Positions 1-10,625 are shown, counted from the first letter of the stretch. The stretch: DNA of 64,000 bases from Nitrosopumilus sp. (GCA_965205215.1 OZ242041.1:1888001-1952000); one strand, 5' to 3'. The notes: generated by a model from the letters alone, not told the origin. Numbers and translations: made by a program.

Positions 1-1252
1 GGGGGGGCGTCCGGCGGCCTGCCATCTCGTACAGTATGCGCGCGTTGCTCAGTCCGGGGTTAAGGGCCTCGACGTACCCCATCCCGACCATTGCCATGTC
101 GATCGCGTCATGTGCAACCGACGCGGTGTCGTAGGCCCCGAACGTCTTGGACGGCGACAGTACGGGCCGTATGCGCCACGTGCCGTATCCCAGGGCGATC
201 TCCTCGACCAGGTCGACCTCCGACACTATGTCTGGCCTGTACGGCGGCACCAAACACCGTATGACGCCGTCCCCGCCGTTTTGGCCGCCGCTGCCATCCT
301 GCGGCACGGGCTGCAGCCTGCATCTCTCAAGGCACGACGCCGCGTCTGACACGGACAGCCCCAGTCCGAGCATCTCGTTGGCACGTCCTACCGATACTGG
401 TATGGTGCGGGTCTCAAGCGGTGGGGTCCTGTTCCGGCCGCCCCCGATCCCGAGCCGCTTCAGGGAGAACCCCGCGGCGCGCAGCGTGACCGCCACTATG
501 GCAAGGGCGTCCTCCGCCGCATGCCGGGATACGCCCGTGACATCCACAAAGATGTCAGTCGTGCCAGTTGTAACCGCAGTCATTGCCGAGTTTATAATCG
601 GGGGCAGCGATACGGTGTTGCCGCCGCCATCAAGGATGGCGGGGAACCTTTCATGCCCCGCCACCAGATGGCCGTACGCGCGGCCCGCCTTCGTCCCCTT
701 TATGATCTGGGATACTGTCATCTCCTTCGTCTCGTTGAGCGGCACAAACCTGTGGCCCACGGGCACGGCCGTATACGTGAGGGGGAACCCGCCGGATATC
801 TTTGAGGCGTCGTGAAGCCCTATGGCGACCTTTCTGCGGCCGCGGCCCAGCCCGAGGTGCAGGTCCTCCTGCAGCGCGACCAGCTGCCGCAGCATGTGGT
901 CGTCGAGCGTCCCGCCCCTTGCCATTATGCCCGTGATGACCGGGCGCACGCCGGCCACCGACCGCCTTGCTACGATCCGGTCCGGCCCCGATGGGGCGGG
1001 GGGGCCCGCATCAAGCGGCACCGGCCCTACCCTGACGCCAAGCAGGCCCTGCAGCGCAAGCGACACCCCCACGTCGGTGGCATAGTCCGGCCTGTTGGGG
1101 CTGTACTCTATGCGCACCGCGTCGCCGTCATCAGACTCTATGTCAAGCCCCAGGTACGGGAGTTTCTCGGATATCTCGTCTCGTGACACGCGCGTGCCGC
1201 CTTGGGACACCAGTCCCTCCAGCCTCTCGTACGACAGCTCCACTACCGGCAT
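1..1252 (-). CDS. pheT: Phenylalanine--tRNA ligase beta subunit (3' end runs off the window; not in the ORF track)
   Basis: ATG at 1252-1250 abuts the pheS stop. Manual translation MPVVELSYERLEGLV...LPYLGLDIE...RIEYSPNRPDYATDVGVSLAL...QEDLHLGLGRRRKVAIGLHD matches archaeal PheT. Confidence 0.95.
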   Translation of the reverse strand, partial: MPVVELSYERLEGLVSQGGTRVSRDEISEKLPYLGLDIESDDGDAVRIEYSPNRPDYATDVGVSLALQGLLGVRVGPVPLDAGPPAPSGPDRIVARRSVAGVRPVITGIMARGGTLDDHMLRQLVALQEDLHLGLGRGRRKVAIGLHDASKISGGFPLTYTAVPVGHRFVPLNETKEMTVSQIIKGTKAGRAYGHLVAGHERFPAILDGGGNTVSLPPIINSAMTAVTTGTTDIFVDVTGVSRHAAEDALAIVAVTLRAAGFSLKRLGIGGGRNRTPPLETRTIPVSVGRANEMLGLGLSVSDAASCLERCRLQPVPQDGSGGQNGGDGVIRCLVPPYRPDIVSEVDLVEEIALGYGTWRIRPVLSPSKTFGAYDTASVAHDAIDMAMVGMGYVEALNPGLSNARILYEMAGRRTPP

Positions 1253-2701
1253 CTACGCGTCGTCCCTCCGCCTCATGCCGCGCAGCAGCCCCAGGTTGTT
1301 CGCGTAAAACTCCCGTACGTCGTCCACGCCGTACTTTAGCATAGCAATGCGCTCCACCCCGCCGCCCCAGGCCAGCACGGGATGCCTCAGCCCCCGGGTC
1401 ACGTGCGGGTGGAATATGCCCATGCCGAACAGCTCGACCCACTTGCCGAGCCTCTCATTGTATACCATCGACTGGAAGGAGGGCTCCGTATACGGGAAGA
1501 AAGTGGGCCAGAACCTTACTTTCGGGAGTCCGAGCCTGCGATAAAACTCCGCCTGTATCCCCATCAGGCCCCGTATGGTGGAGCCGGCCTCGTGTACCAC
1601 GCCCTCCACCTGGGTAAACTCGGCCAAGTGCTTGTAGCTGGTCTTCTCGTTCCTAAACACGCGCCCAAGCGAGAATATCCGCGCGTCGCCCAGGGCGCCC
1701 GGCGACTGCAGGAGGCGACGCAGCGTGACGCAGGTGGTGTGCGTGCGCAGCACCATCCTCCCTGCCTCCGCGGCATCCCACTTCTGGTGCCACGTGTCCC
1801 TGTGCGCCTTTGAGATGCGCCTGACGTGCGCCGGCGTCGAGTCGAGCCCGCCCGGCGCAACGTCCAGGTAGAACGTGTCCTGCATCTCCCTAGAGGGGTG
1901 GTCCTGAGGGGTGAGCAGCGCGTCAAAGTTCCAAAAGCACGGCTGCACCACGCGGCCGGACACTTCTGAGAACCCCATGGTGACAAATATCTCCCTTATT
2001 TCGGATATGACCTCCTTGAGCGGGTGCCTGCGCCCACGCGGCGCGGCCGGTACGTCTGCCCCCACGTCTATCGCGCCCGCCTTGGCTTCCCCCTCCCGGC
2101 CCTCCTCATCGTATGACGCGTCGACGCTCCCGGCGGCCTCGGACAGCGAGACGTGCTTTGTCTTTGTGACGGTCTTTGTGACTAGCTCGGGCCGCCGGAG
2201 CAGCGACTCCAGATCCGAGGGATCCACCGATTCTGCGCTTATGGGACCGCCCTTGGAGCCCGCAAGCGCGCGCAGGGTAGCCTCGCCGGGCAGCATCTTC
2301 GGGATGTCCTTGGGCGGGGCGGCGGATATGACTGTGCGCCCCTTCTTGGACTCCGCGGCGGCCCACCCGTTTCTCTTTACAATTCCCATGGCCGCCCCAA
2401 ACAGCGGGCCCATGCCGTCCCGAAGAACGGATATCTCCTGCGGCCCCCCCTTCAGCAGCAGGTCCAAGAGCCGTCTTTCCGGAAGCGTCGCGTGCGGGAG
2501 GCGCATACCGTTTTTACCAAGCGATATCGCGGCCTCCTCGGACTCCGACACCTCGGCGAGTCCCTTGTGGCGCAACCACTCGACCCCGCGGCGCGCCTGG
2601 TCAAGCGAGAGCCCGGCAGAACCGGCCAGCCTGTCGAGCGACTGTCGGGGCTCGGAGCGGAGGGACGAGATTATTTTTTTCTCTATTATGTGCAGCACCA
2701 T
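1253..2701 (-). CDS. pheS: Phenylalanine--tRNA ligase alpha subunit (archaeal type, N-terminal wHTH domains)
   Basis: Motifs FWNFDALLTPQDHPSREMQDTFY, LRTHTT, GRVFRNE, EFTQVEG, FFPYTEPS, GMGIFHP, AWGGGVERIAM. Likely start is MVLHIIEKK at 2701. Confidence 0.97.
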   Translation of the reverse strand: MVLHIIEKKIISSLRSEPRQSLDRLAGSAGLSLDQARRGVEWLRHKGLAEVSESEEAAISLGKNGMRLPHATLPERRLLDLLLKGGPQEISVLRDGMGPLFGAAMGIVKRNGWAAAESKKGRTVISAAPPKDIPKMLPGEATLRALAGSKGGPISAESVDPSDLESLLRRPELVTKTVTKTKHVSLSEAAGSVDASYDEEGREGEAKAGAIDVGADVPAAPRGRRHPLKEVISEIREIFVTMGFSEVSGRVVQPCFWNFDALLTPQDHPSREMQDTFYLDVAPGGLDSTPAHVRRISKAHRDTWHQKWDAAEAGRMVLRTHTTCVTLRRLLQSPGALGDARIFSLGRVFRNEKTSYKHLAEFTQVEGVVHEAGSTIRGLMGIQAEFYRRLGLPKVRFWPTFFPYTEPSFQSMVYNERLGKWVELFGMGIFHPHVTRGLRHPVLAWGGGVERIAMLKYGVDDVREFYANNLGLLRGMRRRDDA

Positions 2702-2872
2702 GCCCGGCATTGAACGCAGGGGGGGACGCAAGCATTATGAATGTAATTGCAAGGGCCGCGGCCAAAACCGCGGGCCGGCGCAGTCCGGCACCGCAGGCAT
2801 TGTAATCGGCACCCGCCCATGCTGCAAAACCCTTCAAAAAAGACTTTTTTAATCCCGCGCTGCATTGCGCAC

Positions 2873-4027
2873 ATGCCAGAAGACGAGTTTGTCGTGACGC
2901 CTTGGAGGACAGAGGGCAAGATAGACTACGACAGGCTCATCGAAAGGTTTGGGACGGAGCGCATCACCGACGAGCTGAGGTCGAGGCTCTTCAGGCTTGC
3001 CGGGGAGGATCACTACATGGTTCGCAGGCGCATATTCTTCTCCCACAGGGACCTCGGCAGCATACTTGACCGGTACGAGAGCGGGCAGAAGTTCTTCCTG
3101 TATACGGGAAGGGGCCCGTCCGGGCACACCCACATAGGGCACCTGCTCCCGTGGGTCTTTGCAAAGTGGCTGCAGGACAAGTTCGACGTCAAGATGTACT
3201 TTCAGCTTACGGACGACGAAAAGTTCTTCTCAAAGGACGCGCTTGCAATGGGCGATGCCACGCAGTACGCGCTCGAAAACGCGCTCGACTTTGTGGCGCT
3301 CGGGTTCAAGCCACGCAACACCAGGATCATAATAGACACGAAAAACATCAGGACGCTGTATCCGATTGCGGCCCAGGTCGCAAAGAGGCTGAACTTTTCA
3401 AACGCAAAGGCGGTGTTTGGGTTTACAAACGAGACCAACCTGGGCATGATATTCTACACGTCGCTCCAGTCGGCCCCCTGCTTTCTGGAGGACGATCCCG
3501 TGCTGATCCCGCTGGGGGTGGACCAGGACCCGCACTTTAGGCTGACGCGCGACGTGGCGCCCAGGATGGGCAGGCACAAGCCGGCCCTGATGCACAACGT
3601 GATGATGCCCGCGCTCGAGGGGCCCGGCGGCAAGATGTCGGCGTCGTCTGAGACGGGCACCATATACACCACCGACACGCCCGCGCAGGTCAGAAAGAAG
3701 GTAAACAAGTACGCCTTCTCGGGGGGGCAACCGGACGTAGAACAGCACCGCAGGCTGGGGGGCGACCCGGACGTGGACGTGTCATACCAGTATCTGAGGA
3801 TGTTCTTCGAGCCCGACGACGCAAAGCTGAAAAAGATCCACGACGATTACCGGTCAGGAAATATGCTGACCGGCGAGCTAAAGTCCATACTGATCGAGAA
3901 GATCAACACGTTTCTGGAGGTCCATCAGGCGCGGCGGGAAGAGGCAAGGGATGCGCTTGGCGAGTTCCTGCTGGAAGATGACTGTGGTAGCAGCTGGGAT
4001 AACGGCGGTAGCGGCGGCAACAGGTGA
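2873..4027 (+). CDS. trpS: Tryptophan--tRNA ligase
   Basis: Motifs FVVTPW, LYTGRGPS, HIGH, DQDPHFRLTRD, KMSAS, KYAFSGG. T-rich TATA-like box about 25 nt upstream of ATG 2873. Confidence 0.97.
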   Translation: MPEDEFVVTPWRTEGKIDYDRLIERFGTERITDELRSRLFRLAGEDHYMVRRRIFFSHRDLGSILDRYESGQKFFLYTGRGPSGHTHIGHLLPWVFAKWLQDKFDVKMYFQLTDDEKFFSKDALAMGDATQYALENALDFVALGFKPRNTRIIIDTKNIRTLYPIAAQVAKRLNFSNAKAVFGFTNETNLGMIFYTSLQSAPCFLEDDPVLIPLGVDQDPHFRLTRDVAPRMGRHKPALMHNVMMPALEGPGGKMSASSETGTIYTTDTPAQVRKKVNKYAFSGGQPDVEQHRRLGGDPDVDVSYQYLRMFFEPDDAKLKKIHDDYRSGNMLTGELKSILIEKINTFLEVHQARREEARDALGEFLLEDDCGSSWDNGGSGGNR

Positions 4028-4452
4028 GGCGCGTGTCACGCGAGAAAGACACCACAATCGTAATACCCTGCGAGGACGGATACGAGGCGCAAAAGCTTGC
4101 AAGCCTGATACTGGTCAGAGACCCCGACACGGAGGAGGCGCAGACGTTCGTCAAGGCCGTTGTAAACTCCGTAGGAAACGAGGTGGTCATATCGCTTGCA
4201 GACGGCTCGTCACACAGCATACTGCTGAGGGACGAGTCGGCCGTGGAGGCGTTTGCGGACTTTGTCCAGTCGGTAACAGAACAGGAGCACAAGCTGGTCA
4301 TGGCTCGCACGTGCCGCGGTCCCCGTGGTGTGAACGGTGACGACTATGGCGGGAGTAGAGACGGCGCCAAACCCGACGACTCCGTCATAATTGCAAAGCG
4401 CCTACGTGAAAAAGACGACGTAGATTCCAACGATTCCGACCATGGCAATTAG
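4024..4452 (+). CDS. Hypothetical protein
   Basis: Overlaps the trpS stop (GTGA) and has globular-looking composition. Confidence 0.7.
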   Translation: MRRVSREKDTTIVIPCEDGYEAQKLASLILVRDPDTEEAQTFVKAVVNSVGNEVVISLADGSSHSILLRDESAVEAFADFVQSVTEQEHKLVMARTCRGPRGVNGDDYGGSRDGAKPDDSVIIAKRLREKDDVDSNDSDHGN

Positions 4453-4645
4453 GGACAGTCCCAGTGCCTTTGTGTCCGAGTCCATGCGGTTGGTGCCCGA
4501 ATCGGGATAATTAAACATTGAGCGCTGCCGCTTGCCTCGCATGTTCCGCCGCCGCCGCTGCTGCTGCTGCGGCTGCTGCTGTTGTTGTTGCTGCTGCTGC
4601 TGCCACCATCGCCAAGACGGATGCCGCTCCCGCCGGACATTACAG

Positions 4646-5227
4646 CTAGCGCGGAAATCTCCGCTCCCTTGCCTTCTTGTCGGCGCGGGCGTTCCCCGAG
4701 TCCTTCCTTGAGATGGGCTCCCTTATGCGGTTGCAGTTGAGGCACAGCACCATCAGCTCCGATGATGCCAGCTCCGGATCCGACTCGTACCGGGACCAAG
4801 ACGACGAGATCGGCCCTCCCCTGCCGACGGAGTCAAACGGAGCATCCCCGTACCGGGAGGCGATGCCAAGGGCCCTAGGGTCCCTGAACCCGCAGCCTGA
4901 GCATACCTTGCCACCGAGCATCTCAAAGAGTTTCTCACGAACCGCGTCGTAAAATCCCGAGTTTTTCGGCGCGCCGGCGCCGCTGCTGCCGCCGCTGCGC
5001 GCGCCGTACCCGTTCCGGCGCGCCGGCTTGGCGCGACCCTGCTGGCGCGCGCCGCGCCGGGGCCCTCCGCGGTTGGCGCCGCGGCCGGCGCCGCCGTCGC
5101 GTGAATCGCCCTTGCCATATCCCGAGTTGCGGTACGAGCGCGCAGGCCTCTTCTTTCCCCCCGAGTCCCGGCGCACCTGCCTGCGGGGGCCTCCGGGCCT
5201 CTTTGATACGTAAGGGGACGGCATCAC
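4646..5227 (-). CDS. Hypothetical protein: basic Arg/Gly-rich N-terminus plus Zn-binding HNH-like C-terminal domain
   Basis: LGGKVCSGCGFRDPRAL...LMVLCLNCN (two CxxC pairs). Confidence 0.7.
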   Translation of the reverse strand: MMPSPYVSKRPGGPRRQVRRDSGGKKRPARSYRNSGYGKGDSRDGGAGRGANRGGPRRGARQQGRAKPARRNGYGARSGGSSGAGAPKNSGFYDAVREKLFEMLGGKVCSGCGFRDPRALGIASRYGDAPFDSVGRGGPISSSWSRYESDPELASSELMVLCLNCNRIREPISRKDSGNARADKKARERRFPR

Positions 5228-5257
5228 CGCACCGCCGCGCGCCGCATATTTTAAGCG

Positions 5258-5641
5258 TCACACAAGCGACTTGTCCATCTCCGATGATACCGCCTGCTGC
5301 ACCTTGAGAAAGTACAGCCGGGTGGTGCGCGGCATGTTCTCCATGTTCTTCTCCACCGCGATTGCAAAGTAGCGGACGGCCCGCCTCGATATGTCCAGGT
5401 CAAACTTCATCGGAAGTATCGGATCCTGCCTCACCGCAATCTTGTCCTGGAGCCAAGGAGGGGCCATCTCCACGGCGTCTGCCGTGACCTTTCCGTACCA
5501 GTACGCCAGGTTCTCCGGCAGCAGCCCGTCCCGGAGGCGGCCCACGTCGTCATCAAACTGCCGCATCATGCGGTCCATCAGTCCCATGGTGTACGGCCGC
5601 GGCCTCCCTTGATATGGCGCGTGATCAACCATATTAGACAA
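5258..5641 (-). CDS. Hypothetical protein
   Basis: Co-oriented with coaD, normal composition (WLQDKIAVRQDPILPMKFDLDISRRAVRY). Confidence 0.75.
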   Translation of the reverse strand: MSNMVDHAPYQGRPRPYTMGLMDRMMRQFDDDVGRLRDGLLPENLAYWYGKVTADAVEMAPPWLQDKIAVRQDPILPMKFDLDISRRAVRYFAIAVEKNMENMPRTTRLYFLKVQQAVSSEMDKSLV

Positions 5642-5651
5642 AAAGGCGCAG

Positions 5652-6164
5652 TCACGCGGCGTTGCCGTCCGCGTCTATCTCCCCGTTCCGTATGCGGCTT
5701 GACGATATGCGGCCGCCGTCGTATGCGGCCACCATCCCCACTACGACCGTCTCGACCGGCCCAAGCCCCCTTGAGAGCCTCATCTTGTTCAGCTTGCCCG
5801 CCTTGGAGGCGGTCTCCTCGCTTGCCACGAGCGCCTCCACCTCGCCGGTCAGGACGGCGGGCCCAAAGTCGTCGTCAAGCCCGCGTATCACGTAGGCCGA
5901 GTCCGGATGCGACCGGCGTATGTACTCTTGGAGGCCGGCAAGCCGCTCGGCATAGCTGCGCACGGCATGCCCCTTTTCCCTTGCGCCGCGGCCCCCCCTG
6001 CCTGCAAGCATCGCGTCGCTTGTCAGGCCTATTATCACCTTCTCTGACGCGGCGAACGCCGCGTCGAGCAGCGCGCGGTGTCCCCTGTGTATCGTGTCAA
6101 AGGTGCCGCCGGTGGCCGCCACCGCATACCTCTTCCTGTCTTCGCGTACGGACATGCCCTGCAT
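5652..6164 (-). CDS. coaD: Phosphopantetheine adenylyltransferase (archaeal/eukaryotic type)
   Basis: Motifs ATGGTFDTIHRGH (HxGH), IIGLTSD, DDFGPA, LVASEET, ISSSRIRNGEID. Confidence 0.9.
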   Translation of the reverse strand: MQGMSVREDRKRYAVAATGGTFDTIHRGHRALLDAAFAASEKVIIGLTSDAMLAGRGGRGAREKGHAVRSYAERLAGLQEYIRRSHPDSAYVIRGLDDDFGPAVLTGEVEALVASEETASKAGKLNKMRLSRGLGPVETVVVGMVAAYDGGRISSSRIRNGEIDADGNAA

Positions 6165-6202
6165 GGCGCACTCGCCGTAAAGAAGCTTCTTCTTGTATGC
6201 AG

Positions 6203-7402
6203 TTACTCGACCAGTATGAGCATGTAGGGGCCGCGCTCGGCAAGCGGCACGTCGCTGCGGTCCCAGACAAACGTCTCTGCCACGTACAGCCCAGGATTCT
6301 CCGGAATCCAGTCCACGCTCTGCGTCTGGACGTTCTGGCCCACGACAAAGCGCCCGTCGTACTTTCCGATAAACTCGACTGGCGCATCAGGCGACGCCTC
6401 CCTTACCTGGACGTAGAACGTGTACGGTATCTCTGCCCCCTGCTCGCCCTCGTGCGCGGCAGGCAGTACCGACGTGTCGGCCCTGATGTAGACGGTCTGG
6501 CCCGCCTGCGCCGACGACAGGATGGTGCCCACGCCGTCACGGAGCGACACGCCCGAGATGGTCACTATGTTGGGGGGCAGGACAGGATAGGGGGGCGGCA
6601 GGTCGACTTCCACGTACCGCGCGCTCTGCTGCCCTGCAAGGTGGTAGATGTCGGTTTCCGCATGTATCGAGATCCTCTCCGTGCCGGGCGGCGCGACAAA
6701 GTCGGCCTCAAACTGGGCGGACTCGTGGCGCAGCATAGGGCCCACCGTAATTGTATCGATGCCCAGCGTCCGGGGCGGTTCAAAGGCGTCGTGGTACGCG
6801 ACGTGCACCGCCGCATATTCTGACGGCGCGGGCCCGTTGTATATGTCGCCCCTGATGGCCATGCGCACGTCCTGCCCGCTTGCATAGGGCTCGATGCGCT
6901 CCACCTCTACGGACAGCAGGGGTTCCTTTGTGGGGGCAGAGTCGAATCCCCCGATCCGCGCCGATGCGTCGGTTACGCCCAGGTTCGGCTCAGACGACAC
7001 GATCTCAAACGGCACCATGGAGTTGGGGGGGATCACCTCGATTGCAGGATAACCCACCTCCACGTCGACTGGCGCGCTTGCCGCGTCGTCGTAAAAGATG
7101 GCCCATATCCTGACGTTTGAGACGTAGCTGGTTCCCCTGTTCTCGACCATTCCAGTCAGCACCGCGTGCCCCTGCTCGTCCAGGGCGAGGTACCTGCTGT
7201 CCTGCACGAGCATTACCGCAAGCGCCTGCGGCGTGTCGTAATACTCCTGTGCCTGCGCCGCGCCGTCGTGCGTCACAATGGCAGCGGCGGATACGGCAGA
7301 GAGTACGATGGCGGCTGCCAGCGTCATCATGACGCCACACGCCTTGCGCGTCCGGTACAACATCTCGTCATAGCCCCGCAGGGGGATAACAGCCTTGGGC
7401 AA
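6203..7402 (-). CDS. Secreted protein with FxLYD-like beta-sandwich domains
   Basis: N-terminal signal peptide; LTGMVENRG...VSNVRIWAIFYD...IPPNSMVPFEI pattern; C-terminal WIPENPGLYVAETFVW. Confidence 0.75.
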   Translation of the reverse strand: MPKAVIPLRGYDEMLYRTRKACGVMMTLAAAIVLSAVSAAAIVTHDGAAQAQEYYDTPQALAVMLVQDSRYLALDEQGHAVLTGMVENRGTSYVSNVRIWAIFYDDAASAPVDVEVGYPAIEVIPPNSMVPFEIVSSEPNLGVTDASARIGGFDSAPTKEPLLSVEVERIEPYASGQDVRMAIRGDIYNGPAPSEYAAVHVAYHDAFEPPRTLGIDTITVGPMLRHESAQFEADFVAPPGTERISIHAETDIYHLAGQQSARYVEVDLPPPYPVLPPNIVTISGVSLRDGVGTILSSAQAGQTVYIRADTSVLPAAHEGEQGAEIPYTFYVQVREASPDAPVEFIGKYDGRFVVGQNVQTQSVDWIPENPGLYVAETFVWDRSDVPLAERGPYMLILVE

Positions 7403-7917
7403 TTATAGTCGACTAGAAGATCAAAGGTTTTAGGCAAACGCGCACCATCCAGTGGGAGCGATCGAAAAAGGGTCAAATGGGCTTTAGCCCTATTACTTTC
7501 TCTTTGCAGTAATTGCAAGCCAGTATACGAGCCCAGGCGCCAAACCTACGATCAGGGGAATCCACACAGGCCATCCATCTGCTACACTTGCCATGCTACG
7601 GTTCATAACTACATGCTATTTAAATCCACCCGTGGATTTCGTGCCTATCATATGAGTATATTCACGGCCGGATCTGCGGGACGTCCGCATGGGCTCCCGA
7701 TGCCGCTGATCGCAGGCTGCAGGGACGGCTGCAGGGGCGACACCGGCGCGGTACCCGCCGCCATGATCCAGGGTGCGGCCGCTGTGCGACTTTTGGCATG
7801 ATCGCACATGCAAGACGAGTCCAGAGGCAAGATCCTGTCAGTGGTGATGGCGTGGGATCAGGAACCATGTAACCCAAAACCGGACGGGCGCGGGGCTCCG
7901 CATGCGGCAACACTGAT

Positions 7918-7994
7918 TGGTGGACCGGACGGAATTTGAATCCGCGACCCCCCGCGTGCAAGGCGGGTATACTACCAGGCTATACTACCGGCCC
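7918..7994 (-). tRNA. tRNA-Ala(TGC), CCA encoded
   Basis: Reverse complement GGGCCGGTAGTATAGCCTGGTAGTATACCCGCCTTGCACGCGGGGGGTCGCGGATTCAAATTCCGTCCGGTCCACCA: cloverleaf, anticodon TGC, G3:U70 Ala identity pair. Confidence 0.96.
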
Positions 7995-8248
7995 CCACGC
8001 CGTGCCTCCATGTGCGGACTTTAATTGTTGCTGCCCTCCGCGCACGCCGGTCCGGCGGCGTCCGGAGCCTGCATCCTAGACGGCACCGTGCGTCGGGCAC
8101 ACGACGGATTGCGCGGCCTGCGCACGCCGGTCCCTTGCCTGCGCCGTACGTATGACACCGCGCGGCTGCCGCAAATCCCGCAGGACGCTTGCTGCGAGGG
8201 GCCGCACCCTTGCGCGGTAAAAACAGATAAGGACACTCGGGCCACACA

Positions 8249-8761
8249 ATGGCGATGAATAATTACGGCGATGCCGGGGGCGGGCATGGTACTACGAGTG
8301 ACGCGGCAAGTGACGCGGCAAGTGACGGCATAACGGTAAGGCCCCTGCGGAGGGACGACATGCACAACGGGCTCTTGGAGACGCTTGACGCGCTGAGGCC
8401 CGCGAGCGCCATGTCCCGCGAAAGGGCCGAGCGCGTAATGGACACAGTCATGTCCGATGGGAACCGCCTGGTCGCGGTGGCGGAACTCGGCGGAAAGGTG
8501 GTGGGGACTGCCACCGTACTGTTTGAGACAAAGTTCATCCACGACGGCGGGGTGGCGGGGCACATAGAGGATGTTGCAGTCCGCCAAGAGTACCAGAAAA
8601 AGGGCATCGGCGGAATGATTGTCAGGTACCTGCTCGACGCGGCGCGGGAGCGCGGATGCTACAAGACCGTTCTTGACTGCGAGAGCGGATTGGTGGACTT
8701 TTACACAGATCTGGGGTTCAAGCACACGTCTAGCGGAATGCGTTACAGCCACAAGGGCTGA
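8249..8761 (+). CDS. GNAT acetyltransferase (glucosamine-6-phosphate N-acetyltransferase/GNA1-like)
   Basis: Motifs ETKFIHDGGVAGHIEDVAV, YQKKGIG, GCYKTVLDC, FYTDLGF. Confidence 0.88.
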   Translation: MAMNNYGDAGGGHGTTSDAASDAASDGITVRPLRRDDMHNGLLETLDALRPASAMSRERAERVMDTVMSDGNRLVAVAELGGKVVGTATVLFETKFIHDGGVAGHIEDVAVRQEYQKKGIGGMIVRYLLDAARERGCYKTVLDCESGLVDFYTDLGFKHTSSGMRYSHKG

Positions 8762-8854
8762 CCGCTGCATGCCGCGCGCGGCGACGGCGCGGCCGGAATG
8801 CGCGCGGCGCAGCTGACTGGCAAGGGTTTTATTTGCAGGCCGCGCACGCCGCGC

Positions 8855-9403
8855 ATGGTACTGCTGGAGTCCCAGACAAAGCTGAAAACGGGTGACGAGG
8901 CCCCGGACTTTTCACTCATCGGGATAGACGACAAGCGCCACTCTCCCACCGACTACGACGGATACAAGGGACTCTTGGTGATATTCATGTGCAACCACTG
9001 CCCGTACGTCAAGGCAAAGACGGACGCGCTCAACGAGCTGTACGACAGGTACGGCTCCGAGATTGCCATAATAGGAATCAACAGCAACGACTCGACTGAC
9101 TATCCCGAGGACAGCTTTGATGCAATGAAGAAGACGGCAGGGGAGAAGGGGTTCAAGTTCGACTATCTGGTTGATGAGACGCAGGACGTGGCACGCGCGT
9201 ACGGGGCCGTATGCACGCCCGACCCGTTTCTGTTTGACGCAAACCGCAGGCTGGTATTCCACGGCAGGATAGACGACGCCCCCGGGCCGGATAACTCACC
9301 GACAGAAAAGACCATGATTGAGAACATCGGCAGGATGCTTGCAGGGGAACCCGTTCCAAAGGACTTTGATCCGTCAATAGGGTGCTCCATAAAGTGGCGC
9401 TGA
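8855..9403 (+). CDS. Thioredoxin-family (AhpC/TSA-like) protein
   Basis: Motifs APDFSL, FMCNHCPYV, INSND, YPEDS, YGAVCTPDPFLFD, SIGCSIKW. Confidence 0.92.
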   Translation: MVLLESQTKLKTGDEAPDFSLIGIDDKRHSPTDYDGYKGLLVIFMCNHCPYVKAKTDALNELYDRYGSEIAIIGINSNDSTDYPEDSFDAMKKTAGEKGFKFDYLVDETQDVARAYGAVCTPDPFLFDANRRLVFHGRIDDAPGPDNSPTEKTMIENIGRMLAGEPVPKDFDPSIGCSIKWR

Positions 9404-9618
9404 GCGTGCATTCGATGCACTGCATGGCGGACCGCGGTGATTCCGTGCAGGACAGATGCCGGTGCGCGTCCCGATACGGCACCTGTCACGATCATACAGC
9501 ATGAATCTTGAGGGGGACACCGGGTGACAGAGGGACATGCGCCCGTCCCGCAGATACGCGCAGGGTGCCAAAAGTGTTCGAATTACTTAAATGACACTTG
9601 TGTGGTTTGAGCAAGAGT

Positions 9619-9693
9619 GGGCTCGTAGCTCAGCTTGGCTGGAGCGTTCGACTGATAATCGAAAGGTCATGAGTTCGAATCTCATCGGGCCCA
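9619..9693 (+). tRNA. tRNA-Ile(GAT)
   Basis: GGGCTCGTAGCTCAGCTTGGCTGGAGCGTTCGACTGATAATCGAAAGGTCATGAGTTCGAATCTCATCGGGCCCA; anticodon arm TTCGA-CTGATAA-TCGAA; TTAAA box about 30 nt upstream. Confidence 0.97.
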
Positions 9694-10338
9694 TTTCCAT
9701 CATATTCGAGTCGGTTTTGATTCGAATTTTGCCGTCCGAACCCGTGCCTGCCATCACATAGATTCAAAGGTATCCGACTTTTAACCCTGCTGGTTGAGTT
9801 CGAATTACCCGCGATTCGATTTCTGCAAGGCATGGATCCGGCTGCGGCTAGCTTGGACGAACGGGCAGGATCGGAGGAGATGTGCGCGAAGGGCGGCAGC
9901 TGCCGTCAGTGGTAACCAGAAACAGGCGTCCCGCATGCAGGTGCATTCCGCCGCGGCCGCCGCCGACGCAGATGCGCGCAAAGAATCATAGAGCTCTATG
10001 ACACTTTGCGTGTAACCGCCGCGGCTTGTTCCTGCCGTCGTGTTGCAGGTTCTACCACAGAATGCCCCCGGACATCCCAAGCACGCCCCTGAGAACGGAC
10101 ATGACGCATGGATATGCAGGCGTATGGGACGGAGGACGCCAAGGTGGAGGCCGGACAAGGCGGACAAGAATCAAGGGGGAGGATGCAAGGACGGGCGATA
10201 AAGAGTACTGAGAACCATGACGTGTCCGTGGGGGGCCTTGGAGATCAGTCTGAAAATGACAGACAATGGCTGTCCGGCTACCGGACCGCACGCGAATCGG
10301 AGAAACGCCCCTTTTATCATATCGAGTACATGCCATGC

Positions 10339-10623
10339 ATGGTACTTTCTGAAAAGGATCCGGAAGACAAGCAGAAGATGAAGAACGGCGTGATCGGCGT
10401 GGTGGTGCTACTCGTGCTGGGCTCCCTCTCGCCGCTGATAATCGAGGAGTTCACCGACGTCGACCTGGAGACGCTGTGCGAAAAGAGCCAGAACGGCACC
10501 GACATCGAATGCCTGGAGGACGGGGGCATAAAGTCAACCGTCCTTGAGGGCCTCGGCTACGTGTCGATCATCATCGCCATCGTCGGTTTCGTCGGGTTCG
10601 TCATAGTGGGCGTCAAATATTGA
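10339..10623 (+). CDS. Small two-TM membrane protein
   Basis: Likely start MVLSEKDP, downstream of a TTTTAT box at about 10312; two hydrophobic helices flank a Cys-pair loop. Confidence 0.7.
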   Translation: MVLSEKDPEDKQKMKNGVIGVVVLLVLGSLSPLIIEEFTDVDLETLCEKSQNGTDIECLEDGGIKSTVLEGLGYVSIIIAIVGFVGFVIVGVKY

Positions 10624-10625
10624 GG

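Noticed and set aside
147-1186. Plus-strand ORFs in the first 1.2 kb
   Set aside because: Antisense to pheT, which the ORF track missed because its stop lies outside the window.
4546-4605. Trinucleotide microsatellite (GCC/GCT/GTT) and ORF 4449-4799
   Set aside because: Low-complexity tract between convergent genes; the ORF has no recognisable features.
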